Counted from the first letter of the stretch, positions 38,527 through 49,448 are shown. The stretch is DNA of 64,000 nucleotides from a bacterium (GCA_021788365.1 JAJYKS010000004.1:28284-92283), one strand, 5' to 3'. The notes: a model not told the origin generated them from the letters alone. Numbers and translations are program-made.

Positions 38527-39393
38527 ATGAATGAAGAACTACAAAATCTCAAAAGCAAAGTTGCAACTGCCGGCTCGATTTTAATCGCGCTTCCGGAAAA
38601 TCCATCGCAGGATATTGTCGCCGCCGCACTTGCACTCTACCTCTCGCTCACCCAATCTGGCAAACAAGCGTCAGTTGTTGCCGCCTCGGCTCCAGTTGTT
38701 CGTGACTCTCACCTCGTCGGCGTCGACAAGATTGCAACCGACGTTGGTGGTAAAAATTTGGTCATGACGATAGGTGGCCCAGACGATGCCGTGGACAAAG
38801 TGACGAGTAATACCGAGGGTGGCCATCTCAACCTGGTCATTATCCCCAAAAAGGGCACGCCAGGATTAACGCAAAATGATGTCACCTTTTCCTATTCAGG
38901 CTCAGCTGCAGATCTCGTTATAGTCGTTGGCGCCGCCGATCTTAAGGATTTGGGTGCGTTGGCAGAAAAAGAACACGAGGTTTTTGCTAGAGAAAATCTG
39001 GTAAATATGAGTAACCAAGTTGGATCGTTCGGATCGGTAAACTTGACCGATCCCAGTTCGAGCAATAGCGAACTCGTGACGGCGGTACTTCAGGAGCTAG
39101 CCCTCCCCTTAGATGTAGATATAGCAAACAATCTTATGCGTGGTATCGAAGATGCGACCTCCGGTCTCTCTTCGCCAAACATGACTGCCGATACCTTTGA
39201 GGCTTTGGCGGTGCTGTATCGCACCGGCGCCCGTCGCGTACCACCTGCTGCGGGTGGACATCTAGAGCCAGCTCCCGCCAAGATAGTTTCAGACATGCCG
39301 ATTGTAGAGCCAACTCGTCCTGCTCCCCAGCCATCCGCCCAAGCCGATTGGCTCAAGCCCAAAATCTTGACCGCAAAAGACAAAAACCAATAA
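38527..39393 (+). CDS. Degenerate DHH-family (NrnA-like) protein
   Basis: [36 protein letters not shown]; DHH triad not visible. Confidence 0.65.
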   Translation: MNEELQNLKSKVATAGSILIALPENPSQDIVAAALALYLSLTQSGKQASVVAASAPVVRDSHLVGVDKIATDVGGKNLVMTIGGPDDAVDKVTSNTEGGHLNLVIIPKKGTPGLTQNDVTFSYSGSAADLVIVVGAADLKDLGALAEKEHEVFARENLVNMSNQVGSFGSVNLTDPSSSNSELVTAVLQELALPLDVDIANNLMRGIEDATSGLSSPNMTADTFEALAVLYRTGARRVPPAAGGHLEPAPAKIVSDMPIVEPTRPAPQPSAQADWLKPKILTAKDKNQ

Positions 39394-39439
39394 TCCCATT
39401 GCGCTTCCGTCTGATCTCTTGTACAATACCCACCTAGTT

Positions 39440-39706
39440 ATGATCAAATCTGACAGCAAATCCAAAATTATTAAAAAGTTTGCAACTACGAAAGGAGACA
39501 CTGGGTCCCCCGAGGTTCAGATTGCACTTCTCACTGAGCGAATCAAAGAGCTCACTGCCCATTTGAAGGTTCACAAGAAGGACAATCACTCTCGTCGCGG
39601 GCTGTTGAAGATGGTTTCCCATCGTCGCCGCCTCTTAAACTACCTAAGAAGTAGTGTTGAGGATCGGTACAAAGCGCTCGTGAAGAGTTTGGATCTCGCG
39701 AAATAG
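39440..39706 (+). CDS. rpsO: 30S ribosomal protein S15
   Basis: [28 protein letters not shown]. Confidence 0.97.
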   Translation: MIKSDSKSKIIKKFATTKGDTGSPEVQIALLTERIKELTAHLKVHKKDNHSRRGLLKMVSHRRRLLNYLRSSVEDRYKALVKSLDLAK

Positions 39707-39722
39707 TTCCCAGTAAAGTTTC

Positions 39723-41903
39723 ATGAACGTTACCAAAGTAACCACCCAGGTTGGTGGAAAAGATTTAGTACTCGAATACGGCAAGTTTTCCGAACAGGCG
39801 AACGCCGCGGTCCTCGTGACCTACGGCGAAACGGTTGTCCACGTGACGACCGTCATGGCCCACTCAGACACCATGCTCCCGTACTTCCCCCTCAGCGTAG
39901 ACTTCGCCGAGAAGCTCTATGCCGGCGGCAAAATCAAAGGCAGCCGTTGGGTCAAGCGTGACGGTCGGCCGAGCGACGAAGCGATCCTGAAAAGCCGCAT
40001 CATTGACCGCTCCATCCGCCCCCTCTTCCCGAGCTATCTTCACCGCGACGTACAAGTTATCGCCACCGTCCTCTCCGCAGATGTGGACAACGACGGCGAC
40101 ATGCCGGCACTAGTCGCGACCTCCGCCGCGCTCTCCATCTCCGACATTCCCTGGGATGGTCCCATCGCGGCCGTCCGCGTGGGTATGATAGACGGCAAGT
40201 TTGTCGCCAACCCTACCTACGCCGAACGCGAGACGTCCAAACTGGACCTCATCGTCTCCGGTAGCAAAGCCGCGATCGTCATGGTCGAAGCGGGTGCTAA
40301 AGAGGTAACCGAAGCTGAGACTTTGGAAGCGCTGAAATTCGCCCACGAAGAAATTAAGAAAATTATCGCCACCATTGAAGAATTGGTGAGTAAGGTCGGC
40401 AAAAAGAAACAGGAATTTGTCGAAGTAGAAACCATTCCCGCCGAGTTGAAAGCCGAAGTAGCCAAAAAAATCCGCGGAGACGTCGAAGCCCGTATGGGTC
40501 ATCCCGGCGCCGAGGACGGCCTCATCGAGGAGGTGGTAGCCTCGCTCAAAGAGACCTACGCCGAAAAACTGGATAGTCACCAGCTTGGCGACATTGTCCA
40601 CGAAGTTTTGGCAGAGGTCGCCCGCGACTTGACCATTCATAAAGAGACTCGTGTCGACGGTCGCAAATTGACCGAAATCCGTCCCCTCGAGGCCATGGTA
40701 GATCTCTTTCCCCGCCCGCACGGCTCCGCCATGTTCAAGCGCGGTGAGACGCAGGTAGTCTCCATTACCACCCTTGGCTCACCCTCTTTGGGGCAGATCC
40801 TCGAAACCATGACCGACGAGCACGTCAAGCGCTACATGCACTTTTACAACATGCCTCCCTACGCCTCAGGCGAAACGGGCCGCTTCGGCGCCCCCGGCCG
40901 CCGCGAGATCGGCCACGGAGCCCTGGCCGAGCGCGCCCTCGTCCCCGTGCTTCCCCCAGAATCGGAATTTCCCTATGCCATTCAGGTAGTCTCCGAAGTG
41001 ATGAGTAGCAATGGGAGTACCTCCCAAGCTTCCATCTGCGGCTCTACCATGTCCCTCATGGCTGCCGGTGTTCCTATCAAGAAGCCGGTTGCCGGTATCG
41101 CCATGGGCCTCATGACCGATGGAGAAAAATCGGTGGTCCTAACTGACATCGCCGGTGTCGAAGATCACGTTGGCGACATGGATTTCAAGGTGGCAGGAAC
41201 GAAAGACGGCATTACCGCTCTCCAGATGGATATCAAGGTCTCCGGCATCTCGTTTGAGGTTCTGGAAAAAGCTTTGGCGCAGGCCAAAGACGCCCGATTC
41301 CAAATTATGGAGGTCATGCTCAAGGCTATTCCCGAGCCGAGAAAAACCCTCAGCAAATACGCGCCCAAGATCGTTCAATTTGAGATTCCGAATGACAAGA
41401 TCGGCGAGGTCATAGGACCAGGCGGCAAAAACATTCGCCTAATTATGAGTGAGACCGGTACCCAGGTAGACATCGACGACGCGACCGGCGTCGGCGTCGT
41501 TACCGTGACGGGTACGGCGAACGATGGCCTGGACAAAGCGGTCAACTGGATCAAGGGCATGGTACACGTGCCGGTAGCAGGTGAAGAATACGATGGCCAC
41601 GTCACCCGCGTTGAGAGCTATGGTTGCTTCGTCGAATTTACGGCCGGTAAACAAGGCCTCGTCCACGTCTCGCGGATGAGCACCGAATATGTGCAGGACG
41701 CGAGTGCGCTGGTCAAAGTCGGCGACGCCGTCCACGTTTGGGTAAAGGGTGTCGATGATCAAGGGAGAGTAGACCTCTCTATGATCCCACTCGATCAGTT
41801 GAAGCCCGAAGCCGAACGTCCACCTCGCCGAGATTTTGGTGGCCCACGCCGTGGTGGTTTTAGCCGCGGTGGTGATCGCGGTGGCTTCCGCCCTCGCCGG
41901 TAA
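39723..41903 (+). CDS. pnp: Polyribonucleotide nucleotidyltransferase
   Basis: RIIDRSIRPLFP, RREIGHGALAERAL, GDMDFKVAG, KH and S1 domains. Confidence 0.97.
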   Translation: MNVTKVTTQVGGKDLVLEYGKFSEQANAAVLVTYGETVVHVTTVMAHSDTMLPYFPLSVDFAEKLYAGGKIKGSRWVKRDGRPSDEAILKSRIIDRSIRPLFPSYLHRDVQVIATVLSADVDNDGDMPALVATSAALSISDIPWDGPIAAVRVGMIDGKFVANPTYAERETSKLDLIVSGSKAAIVMVEAGAKEVTEAETLEALKFAHEEIKKIIATIEELVSKVGKKKQEFVEVETIPAELKAEVAKKIRGDVEARMGHPGAEDGLIEEVVASLKETYAEKLDSHQLGDIVHEVLAEVARDLTIHKETRVDGRKLTEIRPLEAMVDLFPRPHGSAMFKRGETQVVSITTLGSPSLGQILETMTDEHVKRYMHFYNMPPYASGETGRFGAPGRREIGHGALAERALVPVLPPESEFPYAIQVVSEVMSSNGSTSQASICGSTMSLMAAGVPIKKPVAGIAMGLMTDGEKSVVLTDIAGVEDHVGDMDFKVAGTKDGITALQMDIKVSGISFEVLEKALAQAKDARFQIMEVMLKAIPEPRKTLSKYAPKIVQFEIPNDKIGEVIGPGGKNIRLIMSETGTQVDIDDATGVGVVTVTGTANDGLDKAVNWIKGMVHVPVAGEEYDGHVTRVESYGCFVEFTAGKQGLVHVSRMSTEYVQDASALVKVGDAVHVWVKGVDDQGRVDLSMIPLDQLKPEAERPPRRDFGGPRRGGFSRGGDRGGFRPRR

Positions 41904-41923
41904 TTCTGAGTTATACTAGTCAC

Positions 41924-43114
41924 ATGGAACCAAACATGCCTCCTACCGAGCCGGTGGCTCCGCAGCCACCCGCACCCCCAACACTTCCTCAGAATGAAGG
42001 TAAGTCCAAACGACTCCTCATGCTAGTAGGTGGTATCGCCGCAATCTTGCTTTCATTAGCGCTAGGTCTATCGCTCTTGGGAAGAAGGGGTAATACCCCG
42101 ACGTCCTCAGGGGCGAACCCAAGTCCCTCGGGTGGCGTCATTGCCGGGTGGCCAACCTACACAAGTGCCGCCGACTTTTACACGATCCAGCTCCCTCCCG
42201 CGTGGATCGCACTACCCCGTACTCCCAATAATCCTCACCTGCTACAGTTCACTTCTCCCGACGGCGCGCTCCTCCAAATTTCAGCAGAAAAAACAACCGC
42301 TGGCTCTCTCGACACCTATCTTGGCACCTACGACGTAGCACATCAGGCGGATTGGAATAATGGTCCCTCAGAAAAGGCAAATAGCACCAAACAGGTAAAG
42401 GTAAATACCTATGACGGCTACGAACGAACCGAATTCTGGACAGAGCAAAGTTTGCAAACAGTGGTGACCTACGCAAAAGTCCAAGACGAAGTGTACATTT
42501 TTGCACTGATTCCCACCGGCGGGAAAAATTCTTTGCCGAACCAGACAGTAGTAAACGACTACCACACCGCGCTGTCTACATTTGCGCTTACCTCCACCGC
42601 GCAACTTGGGAAAGACTGGAAGACGTATACAAGCACCGCGGTGCCAGGCCTTTCATATCCACCTTTTAGTATCTCGTATCCCCAAACTTGGACCGCGAGC
42701 GCGAGTGCAAGTACCAACGAACTCTCCCTCACGATCTACCGAAATAACTACGAGATAGATATAAGTCAGGCACCGGTTGGAACGTCTGTTTGTCTTTTCT
42801 CCGACTCACCCACCTTCAACGGTTTGTCAGGCGACCTGAGAAACAAACAGTACACCGAACTGACGACAAATAACGGTGTAGTCCTCCGCCGATACTTCAA
42901 CGCCAATAGTGGGTCAACCTCTACGATGTATTTCTGCGAACACCAAGCTCAGGGGCTATACTTTGTGACGCCGCTGACCATAGGTGGTCTCGTGTACACC
43001 GTTCCTGCTCAGTATGATCCCGACGTAATTTCCGAAATGGATACTATCGTCAAAACCCTTGCCCCGGCTCCGTCGTCTTCACCATCCGCCTCACCCACTT
43101 CGTCACCCCAATAA
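41924..43114 (+). CDS. Membrane-anchored protein with two W.TY...P..W (PsbP-like) modules
   Basis: Pro-rich start, TM, WPTYT..IQLPPAW and WKTYT..ISYPQTW. Confidence 0.65.
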   Translation: MEPNMPPTEPVAPQPPAPPTLPQNEGKSKRLLMLVGGIAAILLSLALGLSLLGRRGNTPTSSGANPSPSGGVIAGWPTYTSAADFYTIQLPPAWIALPRTPNNPHLLQFTSPDGALLQISAEKTTAGSLDTYLGTYDVAHQADWNNGPSEKANSTKQVKVNTYDGYERTEFWTEQSLQTVVTYAKVQDEVYIFALIPTGGKNSLPNQTVVNDYHTALSTFALTSTAQLGKDWKTYTSTAVPGLSYPPFSISYPQTWTASASASTNELSLTIYRNNYEIDISQAPVGTSVCLFSDSPTFNGLSGDLRNKQYTELTTNNGVVLRRYFNANSGSTSTMYFCEHQAQGLYFVTPLTIGGLVYTVPAQYDPDVISEMDTIVKTLAPAPSSSPSASPTSSPQ

Positions 43115-43131
43115 AATGATAAGATGTATCT

Positions 43132-44196
43132 ATGCCCGATAATGTAAATCAATCTCTCTTTGCGGAAGAGCTCGTCAAATTAAAATCGAAAATCGACGGC
43201 GCCAAGCTGCCGGATGACCTACGAGGAAAATCCGAGGAAATGCTCGCCCGCCTCCGCCGTATGGTAGATACAGGCAGCTACAGCGCCGAATACGATCGTA
43301 TTGCCCACTATATTGAGTGGGTCACGACACTCCCTTGGGGTACCTATACCACCGACCATTTGGATATCGCCGCCGCAGGGGCAGCCATGAATAAAACTCA
43401 TTATGGCATGCAAGAAGCCAAAGATCGCATTCTCGAATACGTTGCCACCATGAAGCTGCGCCACGATCAAGGAGGCGAACAAGTAGTACATGCCCCTGCC
43501 ATTTTCCTGGTTGGCTTGGTTGGTACAGGGAAAACCACCTTTGCCTACAGTCTCGCCGAGACCCTGGGTCGCAAATTTGCCCGTATCCCGTTCGGTGGCT
43601 TGGGGAGCGCGCGAGACCTGCGTGGTCGCTCACGGCTGTTTCCAGAGGCAGAGCCAGGAGCTATAGTGAAAGCCATTCGCGACGCTGGCAGCATGAACCC
43701 GGTGTTGCTGCTTGATGAAATCGACCGCGTCGGTGCAGAGGAGCGGGCAGACATTATGGGTGTCTTGGTAGAGCTCTTGGATCCCACCCAAAACAATCGT
43801 TTCCTCGACCACTACCTAGACTATCCATTAGATCTCTCACAGGTATTGTTCATCGCGACGGCCAACAACACGACAAATGTGGCAACCGCCGCGCTCGACC
43901 GTCTAGAGCTCATTCAGATGCCCTCATATACCGACGAAGAGAAAATCCACATCGCCGCCGAATTTTTGCTACCCAAAGCCATGAAAGATGCCGGGCTGCT
44001 TCCATCACAGCTCTCGATCGATCCAGCTGTCTGGCCCGTAGTAGCGCGCCCCTTAGGGTTCGACGCCGGCATTCGTACGCTACAGCGCACGATTAGTGCA
44101 CTAACCCGCCGGGTAGCTCGCGAAGTTGTAGAAGGTAAGGCGCAATCGGTTACAATAGACGTAAATAATTACAAGACGTATATGAAGGCGTACTAG
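43132..44196 (+). CDS. Lon-type AAA+ module without protease domain
   Basis: TLPW, HYGM..KDRILEY, GLVGTGKT, NPVLLLDEID, ELLDPTQN..FLDHY; stop before the Ser-Lys domain. Confidence 0.85.
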   Translation: MPDNVNQSLFAEELVKLKSKIDGAKLPDDLRGKSEEMLARLRRMVDTGSYSAEYDRIAHYIEWVTTLPWGTYTTDHLDIAAAGAAMNKTHYGMQEAKDRILEYVATMKLRHDQGGEQVVHAPAIFLVGLVGTGKTTFAYSLAETLGRKFARIPFGGLGSARDLRGRSRLFPEAEPGAIVKAIRDAGSMNPVLLLDEIDRVGAEERADIMGVLVELLDPTQNNRFLDHYLDYPLDLSQVLFIATANNTTNVATAALDRLELIQMPSYTDEEKIHIAAEFLLPKAMKDAGLLPSQLSIDPAVWPVVARPLGFDAGIRTLQRTISALTRRVAREVVEGKAQSVTIDVNNYKTYMKAY

Positions 44197-44214
44197 CGCC
44201 TAGAGCCAGAGGGC

Positions 44215-44880
44215 ATGGAAGTAAAAATAGAACCAAGTTGGAAAAGAGTTCTTGAGAAAGAGTTTGATAAAGACTACTTTAAGACACTTACCAAGTTTGT
44301 AAAAAATGAATACGAAAGCCGCACGGTTTACCCGCCGCCCAAGTTTATTTTTCGTGCTTTCGAGTTGACGCCGTTTGATAAAGTCAAAGTTGTCATCTTG
44401 GGGCAGGATCCATATCACGGCCCGGGGCAGGCCAACGGTCTCTGCTTCGCAGTCAACAAAGGAGTACGACTTCCACCGTCTTTGCAAAACATCTACAAAG
44501 AGATTGCTACAGACACCGGCAAACCCCCAGTCTACACAGACGGCGACCTCGAAGAGTGGGCCAAACAAGGTGTGCTGCTCTTAAACGCAACGCTGACGGT
44601 TTCGGCCCATGAGCCTGGCTCGCATCAGAACCAGGGTTGGGAACAGTTTACCGATACCGTTGTAAAGGCACTCTCAGAACAAAAAGAAAATCTCGTCTTT
44701 ATTTTATGGGGCGCATATGCCCAAAAGAAAGGAGCGGTAATAGACGAGAATAAACATTTGATCATTCGATCCGCTCACCCCTCACCGTTCTCGGCCGCAA
44801 ACGGTTTTTTTGGCTCGCGGCCGTTCACTCGCTGTGACACGTATCTAGTCACGCACGGCGAGGTACCTATTATATGGTGA
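44215..44880 (+). CDS. ung: Uracil-DNA glycosylase (family 1)
   Basis: GQDPYH, PPSL, GVLLLN, HPSPFS. Confidence 0.97.
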   Translation: MEVKIEPSWKRVLEKEFDKDYFKTLTKFVKNEYESRTVYPPPKFIFRAFELTPFDKVKVVILGQDPYHGPGQANGLCFAVNKGVRLPPSLQNIYKEIATDTGKPPVYTDGDLEEWAKQGVLLLNATLTVSAHEPGSHQNQGWEQFTDTVVKALSEQKENLVFILWGAYAQKKGAVIDENKHLIIRSAHPSPFSAANGFFGSRPFTRCDTYLVTHGEVPIIW

Positions 44881-44920
44881 CTAGATCTCTGTATACTGAT
44901 ACTACGAAAGGAAAAATTAT

Positions 44921-46573
44921 ATGAATCAGTTAACACCAATTAAAATAGTTCCCCTTGGAGGGATGCCCAACGTGCACGACAATATGTACGTGTATGAATC
45001 AGCAACCGACGCATTTGTCGTCGACTGTGGCATGGGTTTTCCCGAAGAGGGTATCTCGGGAGTAGATCTCACGATTCCCGATATTCGTTACTTAAAAGAC
45101 AAGCTCAGTAAGCTTCGCGGGATAGTACTGACGCACGGACACGAAGATCACATCGGGGGTCTACCATACGTGATTCCACAACTAGGAGAGCACATCCCCA
45201 TCTATGCGAGTAAGCTGACGGCAGGATTCGTCCGGGAAAAATTTAAGGAATTCGGCCTCGACATCAAAATGATCAACGTGGTGGGAGACCGCCAACCGAT
45301 CTCGCTAGGTATATTTCAAGTAAAGATGATTCCAGTAAATCACTCGGTGCCAGATACCAAGCACCTCGTGATTAAAACCCCGTACGGTAACATCTACCAT
45401 GGCTCAGACTTCAAGTTCGACTGGACGCCAATTGGCCAAGAAGTGTCGGACATTCAATCGATAACCCGCGCCGGTGCAGAAGGAGTAACGCTCCTGTTAT
45501 CAGACTGTCTGCGTGGAGAGAAGGATGGCTATTCTCTCTCGGAATCCATCGTCGAAGAATCGTTTGAGCGCGAGTTCAAGGACGTGGAAAACCGCGTCGT
45601 CGTGACCACGATGAGTAGCAATATCGGTCGCATTCAGCAGGCGCTCTGGGTGGCCAAGAACCATGGCCGCAAAGTGGCTTTTGTTGGTTTCTCAATAGAA
45701 CGAAACGTCAAAGTCGCAGCAGAGCTTGGATTTCTGAAAATCCCGCCGCGCCTGGTCATAGACAAGCGCAAAATAGGCTCACTACCGAAGAGCGAACAGT
45801 GTTTGATCATAGCCGGCTCGCAGGGACAGATAGGCTCGTCGCTCGAGAAAATTGCCGCTGGAGAGCACAAGTTGGTACATCTCGACCCTGGCGACAAAGT
45901 GGTCTTCTCTGCCGACCCTATCCCCGGAAACGAGAGTAACGTCTATCGATTAATAGACATGCTGGCGCACCATGACCTGACAGTTTCCTACTCGGACATT
46001 GCCTCCGACCTTCACGTTTCCGGCCATGCCTCGAGCAAAGAACTCATGATGCTTATTGGTATGACAAAACCCAAGTATGTAATGCCAACAGGTGGGACCT
46101 ACCGGCACGCTGTACACTACAGCAAGCTGGCTCAAAAAATGGGAATACCGGCAGACCATGTCATGCTTCCAGAGAATCAAGAGATCATAATCGAGTCAAC
46201 CGGAGTCGTCCATACAGGCGAGACGCTAGACCTCAAAACGGTGTATGTCGAGTCTGGCGAGATTACATGGGCTGACACGCCAATTAAAGAACGTCAGCTT
46301 ATGTTCCAAGAAGGGGTGGTTGTGGTGCTACTTACGCTGCCATCACAAGGCGGCGCTTTGGATATAGACATTATTCCCAAAGGAATCACTAAATTCATCG
46401 AGCCCGACGTCATGAAACGGGTAAAAGAAGGTCTACGAGCATCCCTGGGATCAGGAGACATACGCCGTGACGCGTTGTATAGTAAAGAAAAAGTGTCCAA
46501 GGAGGTGAGCCGGTTATTCGTAAAAGAAATCGGCAAAAATCCGGTGGTCATTCCAATTATTATTGAGGATTGA
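44921..46573 (+). CDS. rnj: Ribonuclease J
   Basis: VDCG, THGHEDHIG, NHSVPD, DFKFD, HVSGHA. Confidence 0.95.
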   Translation: MNQLTPIKIVPLGGMPNVHDNMYVYESATDAFVVDCGMGFPEEGISGVDLTIPDIRYLKDKLSKLRGIVLTHGHEDHIGGLPYVIPQLGEHIPIYASKLTAGFVREKFKEFGLDIKMINVVGDRQPISLGIFQVKMIPVNHSVPDTKHLVIKTPYGNIYHGSDFKFDWTPIGQEVSDIQSITRAGAEGVTLLLSDCLRGEKDGYSLSESIVEESFEREFKDVENRVVVTTMSSNIGRIQQALWVAKNHGRKVAFVGFSIERNVKVAAELGFLKIPPRLVIDKRKIGSLPKSEQCLIIAGSQGQIGSSLEKIAAGEHKLVHLDPGDKVVFSADPIPGNESNVYRLIDMLAHHDLTVSYSDIASDLHVSGHASSKELMMLIGMTKPKYVMPTGGTYRHAVHYSKLAQKMGIPADHVMLPENQEIIIESTGVVHTGETLDLKTVYVESGEITWADTPIKERQLMFQEGVVVVLLTLPSQGGALDIDIIPKGITKFIEPDVMKRVKEGLRASLGSGDIRRDALYSKEKVSKEVSRLFVKEIGKNPVVIPIIIED

Positions 46574-46585
46574 GCGTGAGCGAAA

Positions 46586-46605
46586 TCCTGAGCGAAGTCG
46601 AAGGA
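46586..46605. repeat. CCTGAGC..GTCGAAGG short element
   Basis: tcctgagcgaagtcgaagga; related copies at 19245-19259 and 20519-20535. Confidence 0.7.
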
Positions 46606-46612
46606 TTAAACT

Positions 46613-48733
46613 ATGAAACGGAGAGGTCGTAGAAAAAAACCATTTAAGCTGAAGCTCAAGAAAGAGGTAGCCTACAGCGTAGTATCACTCGTCTTCGCGA
46701 CCGTTGCCGTGGTAATTTTGCTATCCTTCACTCGCCAGGGACCGGTCCTTGCCCATACCTACACCGTCCTTTCCCGTGCATTTGGTTGGACTGCGGTCTT
46801 TTTACCATTCCTCCTCCTCGCGATTGCCTTCATGATGACGCAAATGAAATGGGCGCTCGCAAGCCCCAATATTCTCTTGGGTGGTGCACTCCTCTTTGCT
46901 GGTATGTTGGGACTAACGGGGGCGGGTGAACTGGGATCGCAAATGGCAGCGTCAGTCGGCGCCATTCTCACGAAAGTAGGAGCGGGAATTGTTTTTTTCG
47001 CGGTCTCAGTGATGGGGGTTACCATCCTCACAGAGACACCGTTCGAAGAATTTATTGCCATCCTCGTTAATGTGGCCAAATCAATTGGTGGCATATTTGA
47101 GAGAAAACAAGAGAAAAAGGAAAAATCGCGTTTCCCCGATGACGTCAAGCCCAAAATCAATATTCCGGGAGCAGGCAAAGTTGAAAAGCCAGAACCAGCG
47201 GTCAAGGAAACAAACAACGCCCACCCATCTCCAGTCCCAGCAACCGATTTTGCCGAAACGATTGCAAAACCAGCCGACGGGGGAGAGACCAAGATTTGGA
47301 AGTATCCGCCGCTCTCACTCTTGTCGGAAAACAAGGGTGCCAAGGCCGATCGCGGCGATGTCAAAGAAAACGCTCATATCATAGAGAGTACCCTCGATTC
47401 CTTTGGTATACACGCCAAGGTAGCCGAGGTTAACGGCGGTCCGGCCGTAACCCAATATGCCATACGCATTGCCGAGGGAACCAAACTGAGCAAAGTAAAA
47501 GCGTTGCAGACAGACCTTGCACTCGCCCTTGCCGCCCCAACTGGCCAAATCCGTATAGAAGCACCCATTCCCGGTCGCAACCTAGTGGGTATCGAGATCC
47601 CCAACCGTTCACCGGAATATGTGACCCTCCGTGAGATCATGACCCATCCCGACATGAAAAAAGAAAAGTCGAAGCTTGCCGTTGGCCTCGGCCTCGGCGT
47701 CTCCGGCGGTCCCGCGATAGCCGACGTCAAAAAGATGCCGCATGTTTTGGTAGCCGGTGCGACAGGTTCCGGCAAATCAGTCTGTATTAACACCATTATT
47801 ACGACGCTATTATTCCGCAACTCACCAGCCGAACTCAGGCTCATCCTCGTCGACCCCAAAAGGGTAGAACTCACTGGCTATAATGGAATTCCCCACCTTC
47901 TAACCCCCGTGATTACCGATGCCGAACGCGTCATCGCCGCTCTCCAGTGGGCTACCAAGGAAATGGACAAACGTTACAAGATGTTTGCCGAGGTAGGCGC
48001 CAGAAACATCGAGGAATACAACGAACTTGCAGGCTTTACTTCAATGGAATACATCGTGATCGTGATAGACGAGCTAGCCGACATTATGCTAACCGCGCCG
48101 TCCAAAGTAGAGGACTTGATCGTTCGCTTGGCACAGATGGCCCGCGCAACAGGCATCCACCTTATTGTTGCAACCCAGCGCCCATCGGTAAACGTCATCA
48201 CAGGCCTTATCAAGGCCAACATCCCCACGCGTATCGCCTTTAATGTGGCGAGCATGATCGACTCACGGGTCATTATAGACAGTCCCGGCGCCGAAAAGCT
48301 TCTAGGTCGTGGCGACATGCTCTATGTACCACCTGACCGACCTATGCCTACCCGCATCCAAGGGACCTTTGTGACCAACGCCGAAATTAAGAATCTTATT
48401 GATTTCTTAAAAGAGAGTGCCGCCGAAACACCGAGCTATCAGGAAGAAGTGACGGAAAAATATCTCCACGAAGAGGCGGGGGGAGAGGGCGGTGAAGAGC
48501 GCGACGAGCGTTTCGACGACGCCGTCATGGCCGTGACCGCAGCCGGCAAAGCTAGCACCAGCTATCTACAGCGCCGCCTGTCCCTGGGATACAACCGCGC
48601 TGCCAAGATTATGGATCAGCTGGAAGCTGCTGGAGTAATTAGTGCTTCCGATGGCACCGCCAAACCACGACAAGTCCTAATGAATAGCATAGATGACCTC
48701 AAGGCTCGCGAACAAAGCCAATCTTCCAAATAA
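46613..48733 (+). CDS. ftsK: DNA translocase FtsK/SpoIIIE
   Basis: N-terminal TMs; MPHVLVAGATGSGKS, IDELAD, ATQRPS, gamma domain LQRRLSLGYNRAA. Confidence 0.96.
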   Translation: MKRRGRRKKPFKLKLKKEVAYSVVSLVFATVAVVILLSFTRQGPVLAHTYTVLSRAFGWTAVFLPFLLLAIAFMMTQMKWALASPNILLGGALLFAGMLGLTGAGELGSQMAASVGAILTKVGAGIVFFAVSVMGVTILTETPFEEFIAILVNVAKSIGGIFERKQEKKEKSRFPDDVKPKINIPGAGKVEKPEPAVKETNNAHPSPVPATDFAETIAKPADGGETKIWKYPPLSLLSENKGAKADRGDVKENAHIIESTLDSFGIHAKVAEVNGGPAVTQYAIRIAEGTKLSKVKALQTDLALALAAPTGQIRIEAPIPGRNLVGIEIPNRSPEYVTLREIMTHPDMKKEKSKLAVGLGLGVSGGPAIADVKKMPHVLVAGATGSGKSVCINTIITTLLFRNSPAELRLILVDPKRVELTGYNGIPHLLTPVITDAERVIAALQWATKEMDKRYKMFAEVGARNIEEYNELAGFTSMEYIVIVIDELADIMLTAPSKVEDLIVRLAQMARATGIHLIVATQRPSVNVITGLIKANIPTRIAFNVASMIDSRVIIDSPGAEKLLGRGDMLYVPPDRPMPTRIQGTFVTNAEIKNLIDFLKESAAETPSYQEEVTEKYLHEEAGGEGGEERDERFDDAVMAVTAAGKASTSYLQRRLSLGYNRAAKIMDQLEAAGVISASDGTAKPRQVLMNSIDDLKAREQSQSSK

Positions 48734-48734
48734 T

Positions 48735-49361
48735 ATGAAAACCGCTGGCGAGCTACTAAAAGAAAAACGTCTTACGAAGGAACTATCACTTGAGGCCGTA
48801 GCTGCCAAAATTAAGATTAAGCCAGAATACTTAGATGCGCTCGAATCCTCCAACTTTAAGAAACTCCCCTCAGCCACCTTCGCAAAAGGATTTCTGAGAA
48901 ACTACGCACACTTCCTCCGAGTAAATCCCGACACGGCGCTTGCCATGTTTCGCCGCGACTTTGTCGAGAATGCACGTGGCGAGATCGTCCCCCGTGGGCT
49001 CGTAGAACCAGTCGCAGGCAAGACAAAAATCGTACCGGTAAATATGATTCTTACCGGCATAGCAGTCGCCACATTTCTCGTATTTCTTGGCTTTGAACTT
49101 TTCCAGTGGTGGAGCCTGCCGCGGCTAACACTCTTATCTCCACAAGAGGGTGGTGTCTACGGAGAGAAGGTGACCATAAAAGGAGAGACAAACGCCGATT
49201 CGGTCGTGACCATCGATAAACAAAAAGTGATTGTAGATCCGTCGGGTAATTTTAGCCTAGACCTCATTTTCCCATCTGGCACCCACTCAGTACTCGTGGA
49301 AGCGACGAACGTTCGGGGGAAAACCAAGCTCCTCGAGCGCTCCTTCACTGTCTCGAAATAA
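48735..49361 (+). CDS. RodZ-like HTH membrane protein with Ig-like C-terminus
   Basis: GELLKEKR..YLDALES..FAKGFLRNYA..L; TM. Confidence 0.8.
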   Translation: MKTAGELLKEKRLTKELSLEAVAAKIKIKPEYLDALESSNFKKLPSATFAKGFLRNYAHFLRVNPDTALAMFRRDFVENARGEIVPRGLVEPVAGKTKIVPVNMILTGIAVATFLVFLGFELFQWWSLPRLTLLSPQEGGVYGEKVTIKGETNADSVVTIDKQKVIVDPSGNFSLDLIFPSGTHSVLVEATNVRGKTKLLERSFTVSK

Positions 49362-49371
49362 CTAACCCAAA

Positions 49372-49448
49372 AAGGTCTGTCCTGCTAAGGAGATCCCGGC
49401 CACCGGCCGAGATGTTTAGTCGAACGTAGTGAGACCAGGACAGACCTT
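49372..49448. repeat. REP/MITE-like family A element
   Basis: Perfect 13-bp arms aaggtctgtcctg / caggacagacctt. Confidence 0.8.
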
